From positions 44,206,001 to 44,270,000 of the forward strand of contig OX597837.1 in assembly GCA_951406725.2 (NCBI GenBank): a stretch of DNA of 64,000 nt, in the 5' to 3' direction. Below, one piece after another: positions 13,277 to 26,469 of this stretch (positions are counted from its first letter, which is position 1; every line of letters begins with the position of its first letter). The translations under genes were made by a program, and so were the position numbers. The stretch is from Octopus vulgaris. Taxonomy: Eukaryota. Under the pieces are notes generated by a model. The model had not been told where the DNA came from. It was given only the letters and a program-made list of their open reading frames with translations, and made no database searches.

Positions 13277-13612
13277 GACGGGCTTCTTTCAGTTTCCATC
13301 TACCAAATCCACTCACAAGGCTTTGGTCGGCCTGAGGCTATAATAGAAGACACTTGCCCAAGGTGCCACGCAGTGGGACTGAACCCGGGACCATGTGGTT
13401 GGTAAGCAAGCTACTTACCACACAGCCACTCCTGCGCCTATATATATATATATATATATATACACGACGGCCTCTTTCAGTTTCCATCTATCAAATCCAC
13501 TCAGAAGGCTTTGATTGGCCTGAGGTTATAGTAGAAAACACTTGCCCAAGGTGCCATTCTGTAGGACTGAACCTGGAACCATGTGGTTGGGAAGAAAGCT
13601 TCTTCCCACACA
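13045..13612 (-). mobile_element. SINE family A, one near-full copy plus an adjacent 5' half
   Basis: Two consecutive minus-strand heads separated by (TA)n. Confidence 0.85.
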
Positions 13613-13623
13613 CCCATATACAC

Positions 13624-13679
<56 letters not shown>

Positions 13680-14907
13680 GCATGTATGTATAGAACTCTA
13701 TAAGAGGCTTCCTCACAGTTTCCATCTGAAGAAAAAGACTGATGGCCATAGATGGTATGATTTTGATCATAGGCCTACTTGATCTGAGCTGACCTGGGGC
13801 TAAACAGCGATCAGCCACTCATGGTAATCGGAGGTTTGTATAGGTTTAATTACGTGTGCACACTCTAGCCTAATTACTCCAGGGTCATCAATTTTCTCGT
13901 TATTTGTCAGTTTACTAATATTTTGACTGATTAACTTGTGAAGATAAAATTAGAAACAAAAAAATATTTGTCAAATTTGAGTGAGAAGAGAGGATGTCAT
14001 ATTTGATGATGTGTTGTCAATAAAGTATTTCCTTGATAAGTGAGTGATTAGTGGTTCAAATTCCATCTGTTGGCCCTGTTTTTCTTTTTCTTTTTTAAGT
14101 TGGTGCAATTGGTGTTTATAATGTCTAAAATATCATATTTTACTATTGTAACTTAGTGGTTCAGCAAAAAGAGTCCAATGGAATAAGTACAAGGTTTAAA
14201 AAAAATTTTAAAAAAAAGTACAGGGGTTGATTCATTCGACTAAAAATCCTTCAAGGTGGTGCCCCAGCAAGGCCACAGTCTAACGACAAAAATCAGGTAA
14301 AGGATGAAAACATTATTTTTTAGATAATCCATCTACAAAGCTTCAATAGGTCTGGGCCATAGAAAACACCTGCGCAAGGTTCCACGCCCTGGGATTGAAC
14401 CCCAGGCCACAAGGTTGGAAAACAAGTTTGCTAACCACAGAGCCGTGCCTGGCATAATGGATTTTTAAGGTAATTAAATCTACAAAGTTGCTCCTAATTT
14501 ACCTTGAGTAATTTAATTAAAATGTCATTGATTGTTCCCTCTTCTTGCAAAAGTTTCTTTGAACATAGGCACAGACGAGGTTGCGTGGTAAGAAGTTTGC
14601 TTCTCAACCACATGGTTCTGGGTTCAGTCCCACTGTGTGGGTACTCTGGGGAAAGTGGATTTGGTAGACTAAAACTGAAAGAAACCAGTCGTGCGTACAA
14701 CTTAACCGGTGTTGGTTTGTTTACGTCTCCGAACCTAGTGGTTCAGTAAATAAGCCTGAAATTTGCAGGGAAAGGATTGGTTTACTACATTAACCCCAGT
14801 GTTTCACTAGTACTTTATTTCATCGACTCCAAAAGGATGAAAGGCGAAGTCAACCTAGGGGGAATTTGAACTCAGAACATAGCGTCAGACAAATAATAAG
14901 AATGCCT

Positions 14908-15220
14908 TACTAGCACTTGTGCTGGTGGCATGTGCAACATTCGAGTGAGGTTGTTGCCAGTGCCGCTGGACTGGCTCATGTGCAGGTGGCACATAAAAAG
15001 CACCATTTGGGCGTGGCCGTTGGCAGTACCACCAAACTGGCCCTCGTGCCGGTGGCATGTAAAAGCACCCACTACACTCACGGAGTGGTTGGTGTTAGGA
15101 AGGGCATCCAGCTGTAAAAACTCTGCGAGATCAGATTGGAGTGTGGTTTGCCAGACCTCAGTCAAATCGTCCAACCCATGCTAGCATGGAAAGCGGACGT
15201 TAAATGATGATGATGATGAT
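14908..15220 (+). mobile_element. SINE-like family C with internal GGTGGCACGTAAAAAGCACC repeats and (GAT)n tail
   Basis: Repeated units, then TTAGGAAGGGCATCCAGCTGTA..ACCCATGCTAGCATGGAAAGCGGACGTTAAA(TGA)n; copies at about 17130-17575 (+), 24371-24812 (-), 31560-31900 (-) and 33440-33760 (+). Confidence 0.8.
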
Positions 15221-15697
15221 GAATAATGATTGTAAAATAAAATGTGTGGGCCATGAAGAGAGATGAGTTTTGATGTTCCAGGCAGGGTCATTCTACTAAT
15301 TATACCATGTAATTAGTCTAATTAGTATCATTGCAAATTGCTTTGCCCTCATTCTCCCTAAATAGTACCACAGTAATAGAAATATCCATATCCAACCAAA
15401 CCAAGATTGGGTTCCATCAAGGATGTGTTTTAACATCCACTTTTCCATGCTTGCATGGGTTAGACTGAGGCAGATTTTCTATGGCTGGATGTTGTTCTTG
15501 TTGTCAATCCTCACCCGTTTTCCATGCAAAGTCATGCTTCTCTATTGCCAGACATGTTCTCACAGAACATTGGAAATAAATGATATGGCTTGTATGACAG
15601 CGACACTCATTAAACAACTATCACATGATGTCAAAACACACACACACACACACTCACTTATTTCTGTCTATCAAATCCATTCAGAAAAGTTTGGAAA

Positions 15698-15750
<53 letters not shown>

Positions 15751-15757
<7 letters not shown>

Positions 15758-15990
15758 AAATTAGAAAAAAAAGCCACCTTTTATTAATTCAAAATGAACA
15801 ATTAAATTACACTATCTAGAAAATTACAATAAAATGTTATATACGTTTTTATTATTATTTTTTGCAATTTACTTAATCTTTGACATTTTATTGTTGTTTT
15901 AATTTTTCTATTATATGTAATTTTCTAGATGGTGTAATTTAATTGTTCATTTTGAATTGATAAAAGGTGGGTTTTTTCTAATATTTTATA
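15751..15990. repeat. AT-rich inverted repeat (about 80-bp arms) abutting (TA)n
   Basis: TTAGAAAAAAAAGCCACCTTTTATTAATTCAAAATGAACAATTAAATTACACTATCTAGAAAATTACA versus TGTAATTTTCTAGATGGTGTAATTTAATTGTTCATTTTGAATTGATAAAAGGTGGGTTTTTTCTAA. Confidence 0.85.
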
Positions 15991-16190
15991 TATATATTAT
16001 ATTGTGTGAAATTTGATTTAGCATTTCTAAATTGAAATTTTTTTCCTTGTAAGTTTGGATTTTATTCCCTCAAATAATAATTATATATATATACACACGA
16101 AAATATGTAGTTATTAAAAAAATATATATATCAGAAAAAAGCACACTCTAAAGTATAGGGCAGTAATTGTTACAAAATTTTATATCTTGG

Positions 16191-16255
16191 ACAAAGTGAC
16201 CCAACGTTTCGCATCCACAAAGCCAAAGCCTTGAGGACAACTTGTCAGACTATAT
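16191..16255 (-). ncRNA. Degenerate hammerhead motif (core CTGACAA, G8 mutated)
   Basis: Minus strand: atatagt-CTGACAA-gttgtcc...ggatgc-GAAAC-gttgg-GTC-actttgt; homologous to the copy at 16752-16815. Confidence 0.65.
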
Positions 16256-16751
16256 AAAGACAAAAATTTAAAATTTGATGGTTGGGCCTCTTTTGGTCCA
16301 TAAGAATTGTTTTCCTTTTCCTTCGGGGAAGATAACCTATCCTCATAAACATTTTCTTTTTTTCGTTTTTGGATTTGGTTTGCAAGAGTCTTTATATGAG
16401 TTTGTGTGTTGAAGCATGTTCTGTTGTGTCTGGGGAGAGTTATTTTCTTTTTGTGCCTTATAATTTAACACACTCACCGGTAAAATTTCCACTTGTTTCT
16501 TATTTTTATTTCCCTAAAATTTTCATTGCGTCTTGTAACCTTTTCAGTAGTCTTGACTCTGTCCGTTATTTACACTGCGTTCCCTTTTGTTTGTTTGTGC
16601 GCATGTGTGTTGGTCAGTGTGTGTGTGTGTGTGTGTGCCTATGCATGCATGCATGTACATATGTAGGTTTTCTTTTTTGCTAAGACGTATTTCTCGATTT
16701 CTGAGCGTTTTCTCATGTCCACAATGTAAAAATTTAAATTTTCTGTCTTTA

Positions 16752-16815
16752 TATAGAGTCTGACGAGCTGTCCACAAGGTTTTGGATTTGTGAATGTGAA
16801 ACCTTGGGTACCTAA
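16752..16815 (+). ncRNA. Degenerate hammerhead motif (core intact, stem I disrupted)
   Basis: agagt-CTGACGA-gctgtccacaa...ttgtgaatgt-GAAAC-cttgg-GTA-cct; inverted homologue of 16191-16255. Confidence 0.65.
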
Positions 16816-18899
16816 TATCCAAGATATAAAATATTGCAACAATACACACACACACAATAGGAATCCACATTCCCTCTTACTAAATTTAATTCACAAAGGG
16901 TTAGTAGTCAGGCAGTGGCTACAATAGAAGACACTTGCTCAAGGAGTTATGCAGTGGGATTGATACAAAGGTCATGTGATTCGGAAATGAACTTCCTTAT
17001 ATAGCCATTCTTGAGTCCTCCACTTATAACACTTCAACACACTACAAATGCACACCAAAAGTATCACATATACAATACCACAACTAACAACAGCAGACAT
17101 CTTAATCCTTTAGCACTCAGATTATTCTGTCAACTGGCTTCCATGCTGGTGGCACGTAAAAAATGCACCATTCGAGCGTGATCATTACCAGCGTTGCCTT
17201 ACTGGCACTTGTGCCGGCGGCACGTAAAAAAAACATTTGAGTGAGGTCATTGCACATGCCACTGGACTGGCTCCTGTGCAGGTGGCATGCAAAAAGCACC
17301 ATTCGAGCGTGATCGTTAGCAGTGTCGCCTTACTGGCACGTAAAAAAAACATTCGAGCAAGGTCGTTGCCAGTGCCGCTGGACTGGCTCCTGTGCAGGTG
17401 GCACGTAAAAAACACCATTTGAGCGTGGTCATTACCAGTACTGCCTGACTGGCTCTTGTGCCGGTGGCACATAAAAGCACCCACTACACTCTTGAAGTGG
17501 TTGGCATTAGGAAGGGCATCCAGCTGTAGAAACTCTGCCAGATCTGACTGGGCCTGGTGCAGCCATCTGGTTCACCAAGGTGTCATGCAATATGACTGGA
17601 CCCAAGACCACATGGTTGGGAACCAAGCTTTTCAACCACACAGCTACACCTGTCACCTTGAATATATTTCAGATCACAACTGAGAATACCAGACATGCTG
17701 CTATTCTCACTAGCAACAATAACCTAATGAATGAAGATTCTATGTAGTGACTTGAATTAATAGAAACAGGAGGATCAGTTAATTATGATTCTATTTAACA
17801 TATTCCCCTCTCAGATTCACACATTTATTGCAGTAGTCCTTCAGTTTTTCTAAGCCCTGTAAAATAACTCGGAAGATTGGGCCTCCCAACCTGGCTCTTT
17901 TGAGATACAATTAAAGCCAGGAACTTTTCAGCACCCCTTCATATATATATATATATATATACAAGTCTTTTACGTTTATATATACGCAAAAAAAAATAAG
18001 GAGAGAAAAAAATATATATATATATATACATATATATACATATATATATATATATATATTGTGTGTGTGTGTGCATAATGAGGATTTTCTATCTTTATAG
18101 GTATTAACCTTTAAGTGCAGGCATGGCTTTGTGGTTAAGCAGATTGCTTTGCAATGACATGGTTTCAGGTTCAGTCCCACTGTATTGCACCATGGGCAAG
18201 TCTCTTCTACTACAGCCCTGGACCAACAAATGCTTTGTGAGTGGATTTGATAGATGGAAATTGAGAAGTCCATTTTGTGTGAGTGTATGCATGTATATAC
18301 ATACACATTATACATAGAAAAATATTTAAACACATAAGAGGTTTGTAGTTTAACTGCTCTTTCTAGTGAGTCAGATGTCCTGTTATGGTCATCTCTTATG
18401 TGTTTAAATGTACACAGTATTTTTATATGAATAATATATAGTCTATTCACTAATTTTTCCTTCTCGCTAGACCAACAGTAGCAAAGAATTAAAAAAAAAA
18501 TTTTTTTTGCTACCCAAAGATTTATTAATTAATACATACACATTATATATATGAGTGTGTGTGTGTGTGTGTAAGGGTAAAGGTAAATGACAATTGGATT
18601 GCACCTAGAAATTTCCCCTCCAAGGCACAAGTCCGGGCAAGGTTGTTTTTATGGAAGACCAGCAGTCACCCATGCATTACCAGCCTCTCCTTTACACGCC
18701 ACCAGTGTTATCCAAGGGAAAGGCAAAAGGGGCTGATACAGCTTGGCACTAGCGACGTTGCAACTCACTTTCACAGCGAACAGGAGCAACATGAAGTGAA
18801 GTGTCTTGCCCAAGAAAACAACACACAGATCAGACCTGGAAATCGAACTCACTACCTCATAATTGTGAGCCCGACACACTAACCACTGAGCCATGTGCC

Positions 18900-18943
<44 letters not shown>

Positions 18944-19424
18944 TGTATGCTGAGAGAATGTTACATAGGCAGCCTTTGATTTTCTCTTAGCCAAAGGAAT
19001 TTTTCAACCAAATATTTACATGTTATCCCTTATCACTTTTTTGTGCCTGCTTCGTTATTTCAAAACAAAATTTTAAATACGTATATAAATACACAAGCAC
19101 ACACAAACATTATATTATATATATATTGATATATATATATATATATCATGTGATCATGTGACCGACCAGACCATCAGATGTTGTTACACATCGCTGGTCA
19201 CAATGCGTTCGCATTGTTTTAGCCTTCGAATGACGCCACCCTGCTGGCTAAGCGAGCAGGCCAATAGAAGAAAGAGTGGTGAAAGAGTACAGCAGGGATC
19301 ACCACCCCCTGCCGGAGCAACATGGAGCTTTTTTAGGTGTTTTCGCTCAATAAACACTCACAACGCCCGGTCTAGGAATCGAAACCGCGAGTCCGCTGCC
19401 CTAACCACTAGGCCATTGCGCCTC

Positions 19425-19488
<64 letters not shown>

Positions 19489-20169
19489 TACATATATATT
19501 TATATATATATCTTTAGTTAAATATATACAATGATAATATTATATACTGAATTTATATTGAGTGCTCATTTGTATCAAAGTATTAATAATATTAAAGTTT
19601 TTATATATTTAATATGAGCGATTATATACATATATATTTTTTAATAACATTATCATTAATATTAGGAAATCAATATCAAAAATATAGGCTTTCATTATAG
19701 AGACAACTCCCCTGTGAAACAATCATAAGATGCTGTAATTAATTAATTCAAAACTTTTAAACTGTCATATACATTATATATTTATACTTATACATATTTG
19801 CATATATTTTTATACATATTTATATTTATTTATTTATATATTTTTAATACAACAATTATTTTTCACACATGTATATCTTTCTGAGCAGTTTTGATATTGA
19901 TTTCCTAATATTAATAATAACATATTATAAATATATATATACATGTGTAGTGACTCATGTTTTAATTTATCCAGACTTATGACGTTGGCCTATTTGAGAT
20001 ATTTCCGGTAATTAGTTTTATTTTAAACTAGACAAGTTATTCTGGTCAAATAAATACGCAGACTGGTGCCATTCAAATACATTAAAACAGTTGCTGGAGT
20101 TGTTCCTTGACTGCAAACAGAGATAAGACTTTCCCTGATCCTGTAAATTTGTTTCAGAAATTTATTCCT

Positions 20170-21313
20170 AACTAGACTACCCGTGACCCACCGGGTCCCA
20201 ATAGTTCAAGGTACCTGAAAAAACTGCCTATCTTGGGAACCCATGATCCAGTTTAAGCCAAACTTGTTTTATTCTGTACGTATTCACATTTCAATGGTAC
20301 CATACTTTCAGAGTATTTTCCCACTATGTGCTGGTTTGGCGATTTATAAAGGTACCAAAAAAATCCGTGTACTTCAGGAACCCGTGATCTGATTCACGCA
20401 AAACTTGTTTTATGCTGTTTGAATTCACATTTCAATGGTATCTTACTTTCAAAGCATTTTCCCCATTATGTGCCGGTTTGGTTAATTACAAAGGTATCCC
20501 AAAAACCACGTATCTCAGGAACCTGTGGTCCGATTTACGCAAAACTTGTTATATTCCGTTTGAACTCGCATTTCAATGGTACCTTTCAAAGTAATTTCCC
20601 ATTATGCATGAGTTTGGCTGTATTAAATTACAGACAAGCAAACTGCATATCTCAGGAACCCATGGTCCGATTTACGCAAAATGTGTCACTTCATTTGTAT
20701 TCCCATTTCAGGAGCATCTTACTTCCAGAGTATTTTCCCATTATGCACCGGTTTGGCTGTATTAAATTACAAACAAGCCTGCAAAAAATCTATCCAGGTG
20801 TTCACAGTAAAGGGCAATAACTCCAGGTTTCACTGCTTAAATTTGTGGAAACCCCAAAAAACCACGTTTCTCAGGAATCCATGGTCCAATTTATGTGAAA
20901 CTGGTTTTATTCTGTCTGTAGTCACATACACAAGGGGTACCTTACTTTCAGAGTATTTTCCCATTATGCACTAGTTTGGCTGCATTAAATTACAGACAAA
21001 CACACAAGCAAGCAATCACAGACTTTTAGTATTATAAAAATAATAAATGCGCCCTTTTCAAAGCCTAGCCAGGCTGATGGGCCCAGTTTCCCCAGTTTCT
21101 ATGGCGTATGTGTTCCCCAGCTGGACGGGACGCCAGTCCATCGCAGCGTTACTCATTTTTGCCAGCTGAGTGGACTGGAGCAACGTGAAATGAAGCGTTT
21201 TGCTCAAGAACACAACGCGTCGCCTGGTCCAGGAATTGAAACCACAATCTTACCATCATGATGCTGACACCCTAACCACTAAGCTATGCACCTCCACTTA
21301 GTATTACATAGAC
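20170..21313 (+). mobile_element. Helentron/HINE (DINE-1-like) non-autonomous element with an internal tandem array of about 140 bp; SINE inserted near its end
   Basis: Starts AACTAGA followed by a short ACCCG..CGGGT hairpin; about 5 repeats of (T)CAGGAACCCATGGTCCGATTTACGCAAAA..TTTCAGAGTATTTTCCCA; ACAGACA/ACAC microsatellite then TTTAGTATTA(C/T)ATAGA end. Confidence 0.6.
21035..21297 (-). mobile_element. SINE family D (GTGGAGGCGCATGGCCTAGTGGTTAG head), flanked by TSD TTAGTATTA
   Basis: tRNA-like A and B boxes; TTAGTATTA at 21026-21034 and 21298-21306; related heads at about 18900 (-), 19427 (-) and 63305 (+). Confidence 0.75.
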
Positions 21314-21671
21314 ATTGAAAAATTATCTCCCCTTTTCACAGAGTTGCTGGCAACAGCTGCTAGGCTTTTGTTTTCTTTAATTAGGATAGAAATTAATTAA
21401 GTGAAATATGCTACAACACACTTTTAACTCTTTCTTTCTATTACACATATCTTTTACTTGTTGCAGTGAGTGGGCTGTGGCCATGCTGGGGCACCACCTT
21501 GAAGTTTTTAGCTGAACAAATCAATACCAAGACTTATTTTGTTTTTAAAGCCTGGTACTTATTTTTTCAGTCTCTTTTTGCCCCACTGCTAAGTTACAGG
21601 AATGTAAACAACCAAGACAGGTTGTCAACTGGTGGTGGAGTAGGAACACAAATACAGACAGATGTGTGTGT

Positions 21672-21885
21672 ATGAAAAGGGGGTGCTGAAAAGTTCCTGG
21701 TTTTCAGGGTATTGCGAAAAGCCTGGTTGGAGGCCCAACCATCCCAGTTCTTTTACAGGGCTTAGAAAAACTGAAGGACTGCTGCAATAAGTTTGTGAAT
21801 CTGAGAGGGGAATATGTCGAATAAAACCATAATTAATTGGTCCTCCTGTATTTTATTTCACCCAAAGCTAGGAACTTTTCATGGC
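21672..21885 (+). mobile_element. Mariner-derived MITE (second, partial copy at about 17770-17942 on the minus strand)
   Basis: Inverted ends AAAAGTTCCTGG / CTAGGAACTTTT; the interior translates GLEKLKDCCNKFVNLRGEYVE*, which resembles a mariner transposase C-terminus. Confidence 0.7.
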
Positions 21886-22685
21886 CATGACACGTTTATG
21901 TCAGTTTCCATCTACCAGATCCAGTAGAGGACACTTGCCCAAAGTGCCGCACAGTGGGTCTGAACCTGGAACCATGTGGTTAGGAAACAAGTTTCTTACC
22001 ATCCATGAAACCATGCACATATAAATAATGTATGCATATATACCTATCTCTCTCTCTCTACATATATATATATATATATATATATACTCTTTTACTTGTT
22101 TCAGTCCTTTGACTGTGGCCATGCTGGAGCACCGCCTTTAGTCAAGCAAATCGACCCCGGGACTTATTCTTTGTAAGCCCAGTACTTATTCTAGCGGTCT
22201 CTTTTGCCGAATCGCTAAGTGACGGCAACGTAAACACACCAGCATTGGTTGTCATGCAATGCTAAGGGGACAAACACAGACACACAAACATATATATATA
22301 TATATACATATATACGACGGGCTATTTCAGTTTCCGTCTACCAAATCCACTTGTTTGAAGTAGTGCATACGTTTTTGCCTTTTTTTTTTAAATAAAGAAA
22401 AAATAGGCAGAGTTTCAGATAATTATTTTAGTGCTTTCATCTCCAAAACAAGATGAAAGCACTAAATAATTATCCAAAATTCTGATTGCCTCCTTTTTCT
22501 CAACGTGTGTATGTACAACCATCATTGACCATTCATCTTCCATTCCATGGGTTGGACAGTTTCAACAAGCCAGACAAGACAACCAGTGGATGGTCAGACA
22601 GATGGACTGATGGTTAGGTTTGTTTGATATAGACAGGTACATATACAAAGATGGAGACAGAGAAAGAGTGGGATAGACAGAAGGG

Positions 22686-23175
22686 GAATTCTAGTTTAAA
22701 AGCACCATATAACCCCTCATAACTATTTTGTAGAATTTTCACACAATTTTTGCAAATTTATGTTCTACACACAGGAATTCATATGATTATGCAAAAAAAA
22801 AACTTTCTTAAATGCCTCCTCCCTGCTTTAATCCTTAAAGTTCCATCCTTTTTCTAATTTATTTGCTTAAATCCCAGCAATGGACCATTCTTTGGTGAAT
22901 CGTCATTCCATTAAATGTGCCAATGGGGGCAAAAATATTGAAAAACACCAATACATGTCAGAGAGACAAAAACACAAGGAAGGTTTCAGGTGGTCATGAG
23001 ATGCGCTAAAGACAACAGCTAAAGCACCTGTAAATCACAAATAACTACTTTTTTTTGTTTTTGCATAATCATATGCATTCCAGTGTGTAGAATATAAATT
23101 TGCAAAACTTTTGTAAAAATTTCAAAAAATAAAAAAGTTATGAGGGGTTACATGGGGTGCTTAAAGCAGAATTCT
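22686..23175. mobile_element. MITE with long (about 110 bp) imperfect TIRs
   Basis: GAATTC..TAACCCCTCATAACT..TGCAAATTTAT..CATATGATTATGCAAAAA is mirrored by TTTTTGCATAATCATATG..ATAAATTTGCA..AGTTATGAGGGGTTA..GAATTC. Confidence 0.75.
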
Positions 23176-23529
23176 ACGAGAGAGCATCCAAATGTATTTG
23201 GTACTAGAAATGTGTCTCGTGTAATGAGTGGAAGCATATTTGATGTCCTCTGTCTGTCTGTCTGTCTCTGAGTGAGTGTGTCTGTGTGTGTGTGTGTGTG
23301 TGTGTTCCTACAGAGACGGAACTAAGAGAGAAAAGCTAAAGTTAAATGCTGGTTGTATCCTAAAACACTCCACCATTTAACCTCTGACCGACCTGGCTTG
23401 ACCTTACTTTGTCTTTCAAATTGTAACATTTAACGCAAGCAGACAGAGTAACTTGAGGTCACAATCTGGATTTTTCTTCTTTTTTTTTTACTGTAGCAAC
23501 AACAACAACAACAACAGCAATAACAACAC

Positions 23530-23561
<32 letters not shown>

Positions 23562-24834
23562 ATTAGCTGGCACTAGGTCACCTCAGATAGAGGGTATGTT
23601 CTTGAAAGAATTCTAACTACACACACAAACATCTATATATCTATACACATACACACACGAAAGAATTTCAGCTTCACATATACACACATATATATATATA
23701 TACAGTTGTGCATATAGAGGCATATACATGAACGTACACATACATAGTTGTGGCCTAGTGAGCCAAACTTCTCTATTTTCTTTTTTTTACTCTCCTGACT
23801 ATGAGGTGAATGAGAGAACCAGAGAGAGAGAGAGAGAATGAGAAAGCCAGACAGAAAGGGTGAAAGAACCATATGAAGAGGAAGAGAGAGAAAAAAAGAA
23901 GCAGAAAACCTCATGATGAGAGGGAGTTACTGAATGTGTGTGTGTGAGAGAGAGAGTAAGGGAGAGGGAGAGAGAGAGAAAGTGAGAGAGAGTGAGGGAG
24001 AGAGAGTAAGGGAGAGAAAGAGAATGAGAGAGAGAGAGAATGAGAGAGAGAGAGAGTGTAAGAGGGTGTGAGAGAGTGAGAGAGAGTGTAAGAGGGTGTG
24101 AGAGAGTGAGAGAGAGAGAGTGTAAGAGAGTGTGTGTGTGAGAGAGAGAGAGAGAGATAGTAATGTGTAATTCCTTTATTTCGAAATGTTGGACTTGACA
24201 GAAATGATAAAAGGCAAATGGAAAAATTTCTATGTGAAATAGCAGCAGAATCACCTTCAACTCTATACCCTACCCTGTTAAAGATGAAAGGTTACATTGG
24301 ATAATGTATTCCCAGATATACTAGGTCTGACATAAATATTCGTTATAGAACAAGGTGTAAGCATACCTGTCATCATCATCATCATCGTTTGTCTGTTTTC
24401 CATGCTAGCATGGGTTGGACGATTTGACTGAGGACTGGCGAACCAAACGGCTGCACCAGGCTCCAATCTGATCTGGCAGTTTCTACAGCTGGATGCCCTT
24501 TCTAATGCCAACCACTCAGAGTGTAGTGGGTGCTTTTTATGTGCCACCAGCACGAGGCCCAGTCAGGCGGTACTGGCAACGGCCACGCTCAAATGGTGTT
24601 TTTTATGTGCCACCTGCACAGGAGCCAGTCCAGCGGCACTGGCAATGACGTCGCTTGAATGTTTCTTCACGTGCCAGTAAGGCGACGCTGGTAACAATGA
24701 CGCTCGAATGGTGCTTTTTACGTGCCACCAGCACGGAAACCAGTCTGCTGCTCTGGCAATGATCGCACTCGAATGGTGATCTTAGTGCTCCACTAGCACG
24801 GATGCCAGTCATTGAATTTGATTTCGACCATCCA

Positions 24835-26066
24835 TATGGTTCTGGGTTCAGTCCCACTGCATGTCACCTTGGGTAAGTGTCTTCTAATATAGCCTCGGGC
24901 CGACCAAAGCCTTGTGAGTGGATTTGGAAGATGGAAACTGAAAGAAGCTTGGCATGTGCGTGTGTGTATATCAGTTTTCCTCCACCACCACCTGACAGCT
25001 GATGTTGGTTTGTTTACATCCCTCTTACTTAGCAGTTCAGCAAAAGAGCCTGATAGAATAAGTACCAGGCTTTTATAAGAAAGTTAGTATACTGGGATTG
25101 ATTTGTTCAACAAAATCCTTCAATGTGATGCTCCAGCATGGTCACAGCCCAATGACAAAGAAGTAAAAGAGAAAAGAGTGTGTGCGAAAGAGAGTGTGTT
25201 TGAGTCTCTCTGTCTTGATATAATGCAACATAGACGCAGGAGTGGCTGTGTGGTAAGAAGCTTGCTTACCAGCCACATGGTTCCGGGTTCAGTCCCACTG
25301 CATGGCACCTAACTGGACTCACATCTCTTTTTCTCAAGCATAAATATGAATCTCCTACAGGAGTGGCTGTGTGGTAAGTAGCTTGTTTACCAACCACATG
25401 GTTCCGGGTTCAGTCCCACTGCGTGGCATCTTGGGCAAGTGTCTTCTACTATAGCCTCAGGCCGACCAAAGCCTTGTGAGTGGATTTGGTAGACGGAAAC
25501 TGAAAGAAACCCATCATTTATATGGGTGTGTGTGTGTGTGTGTGTGTGTGCGTGCATGTGTGTATTTTTGTGTCTGTATCCACCCCACCTCACCACCTGA
25601 CAACCAGTGTTGGTGTGTTTGTGTCCCTGTAAAAGAATAAGTACTAGGCTTTAAGTCCCAGAGTCAATTTGTTCAACTAAAATCCTTCAAGGTTGTGTGC
25701 CGTAGAAAAACCTACCTCAATAAATTCTCTCTGACCCATGCAAGAGAGTTAAAGTTCACATTAAAATGATGATAGGCGTAGGAGTGGCTGTGTGGTAAGT
25801 AGATTGCTTACGACCCACATGGTTCTGGGTTCAGTCCAAATGCATGGCACCTTGGGCAAGTGTCTTCTACTATAGCCTCGGTCCGACCAAAGCCTTGTAA
25901 GTGGATTTGGTAGATGGAAACTGAAAGAAGCCTGTCGTATATATGTATATGTATGTGTGTCTGTCCCCCTTAACATTGCTTGACAACCGATACTGGTGTG
26001 TTTACGTCCCCATAACTTAGCGGTCCGGCAAAAAGAGACTGATAGAATAAGTACTAGGCTTACAAA
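24835..26066 (+). mobile_element. Cluster of 3-4 SINE family A copies
   Basis: Heads at about 24835 (truncated), 25233, 25357 and 25774. Confidence 0.85.
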
Positions 26067-26469
26067 GTTCTTATCTTAATGTAAAATTAACGAAGCAAAT
26101 GTCATTTATCTCTGCCTTGATCTCTGGCATCATTTGACAAATGCCAACCAAGATGGCGTGAATTAGCCAAGCTTTACCTGCTAGAAATAGCAAACCCAAA
26201 TGCTTTTAAATAAGATCTCAATGCTGGATGTACAACAACCGAATGAAGGGCAGATTTTCAATCCTGGGATCATCCCAATTCCAAAAAGGTACAGGTCTAT
26301 ATAAAGCAAATGCAAACTGAAATAAAGGGGTCCCAGATGGAAAGAATTCCATATTATTATTATTATTATTATTGATGAATGACATTGCTTGTATGATAGT
26401 GACAATGATTTACATCTACACCTAATGTCAAGCGAAGGATTCACATACATACATACACACACATATATA

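Noticed and set aside
13057-13818. Recurrent ORFs such as GLLSVSVYQIHSQGFGRPEAIVEDTCPRCHAVGLNP and MRNWYLIYRPRKDERQSRPRRNLNSER
   Set aside because: Antisense translations of SINE families A and B.
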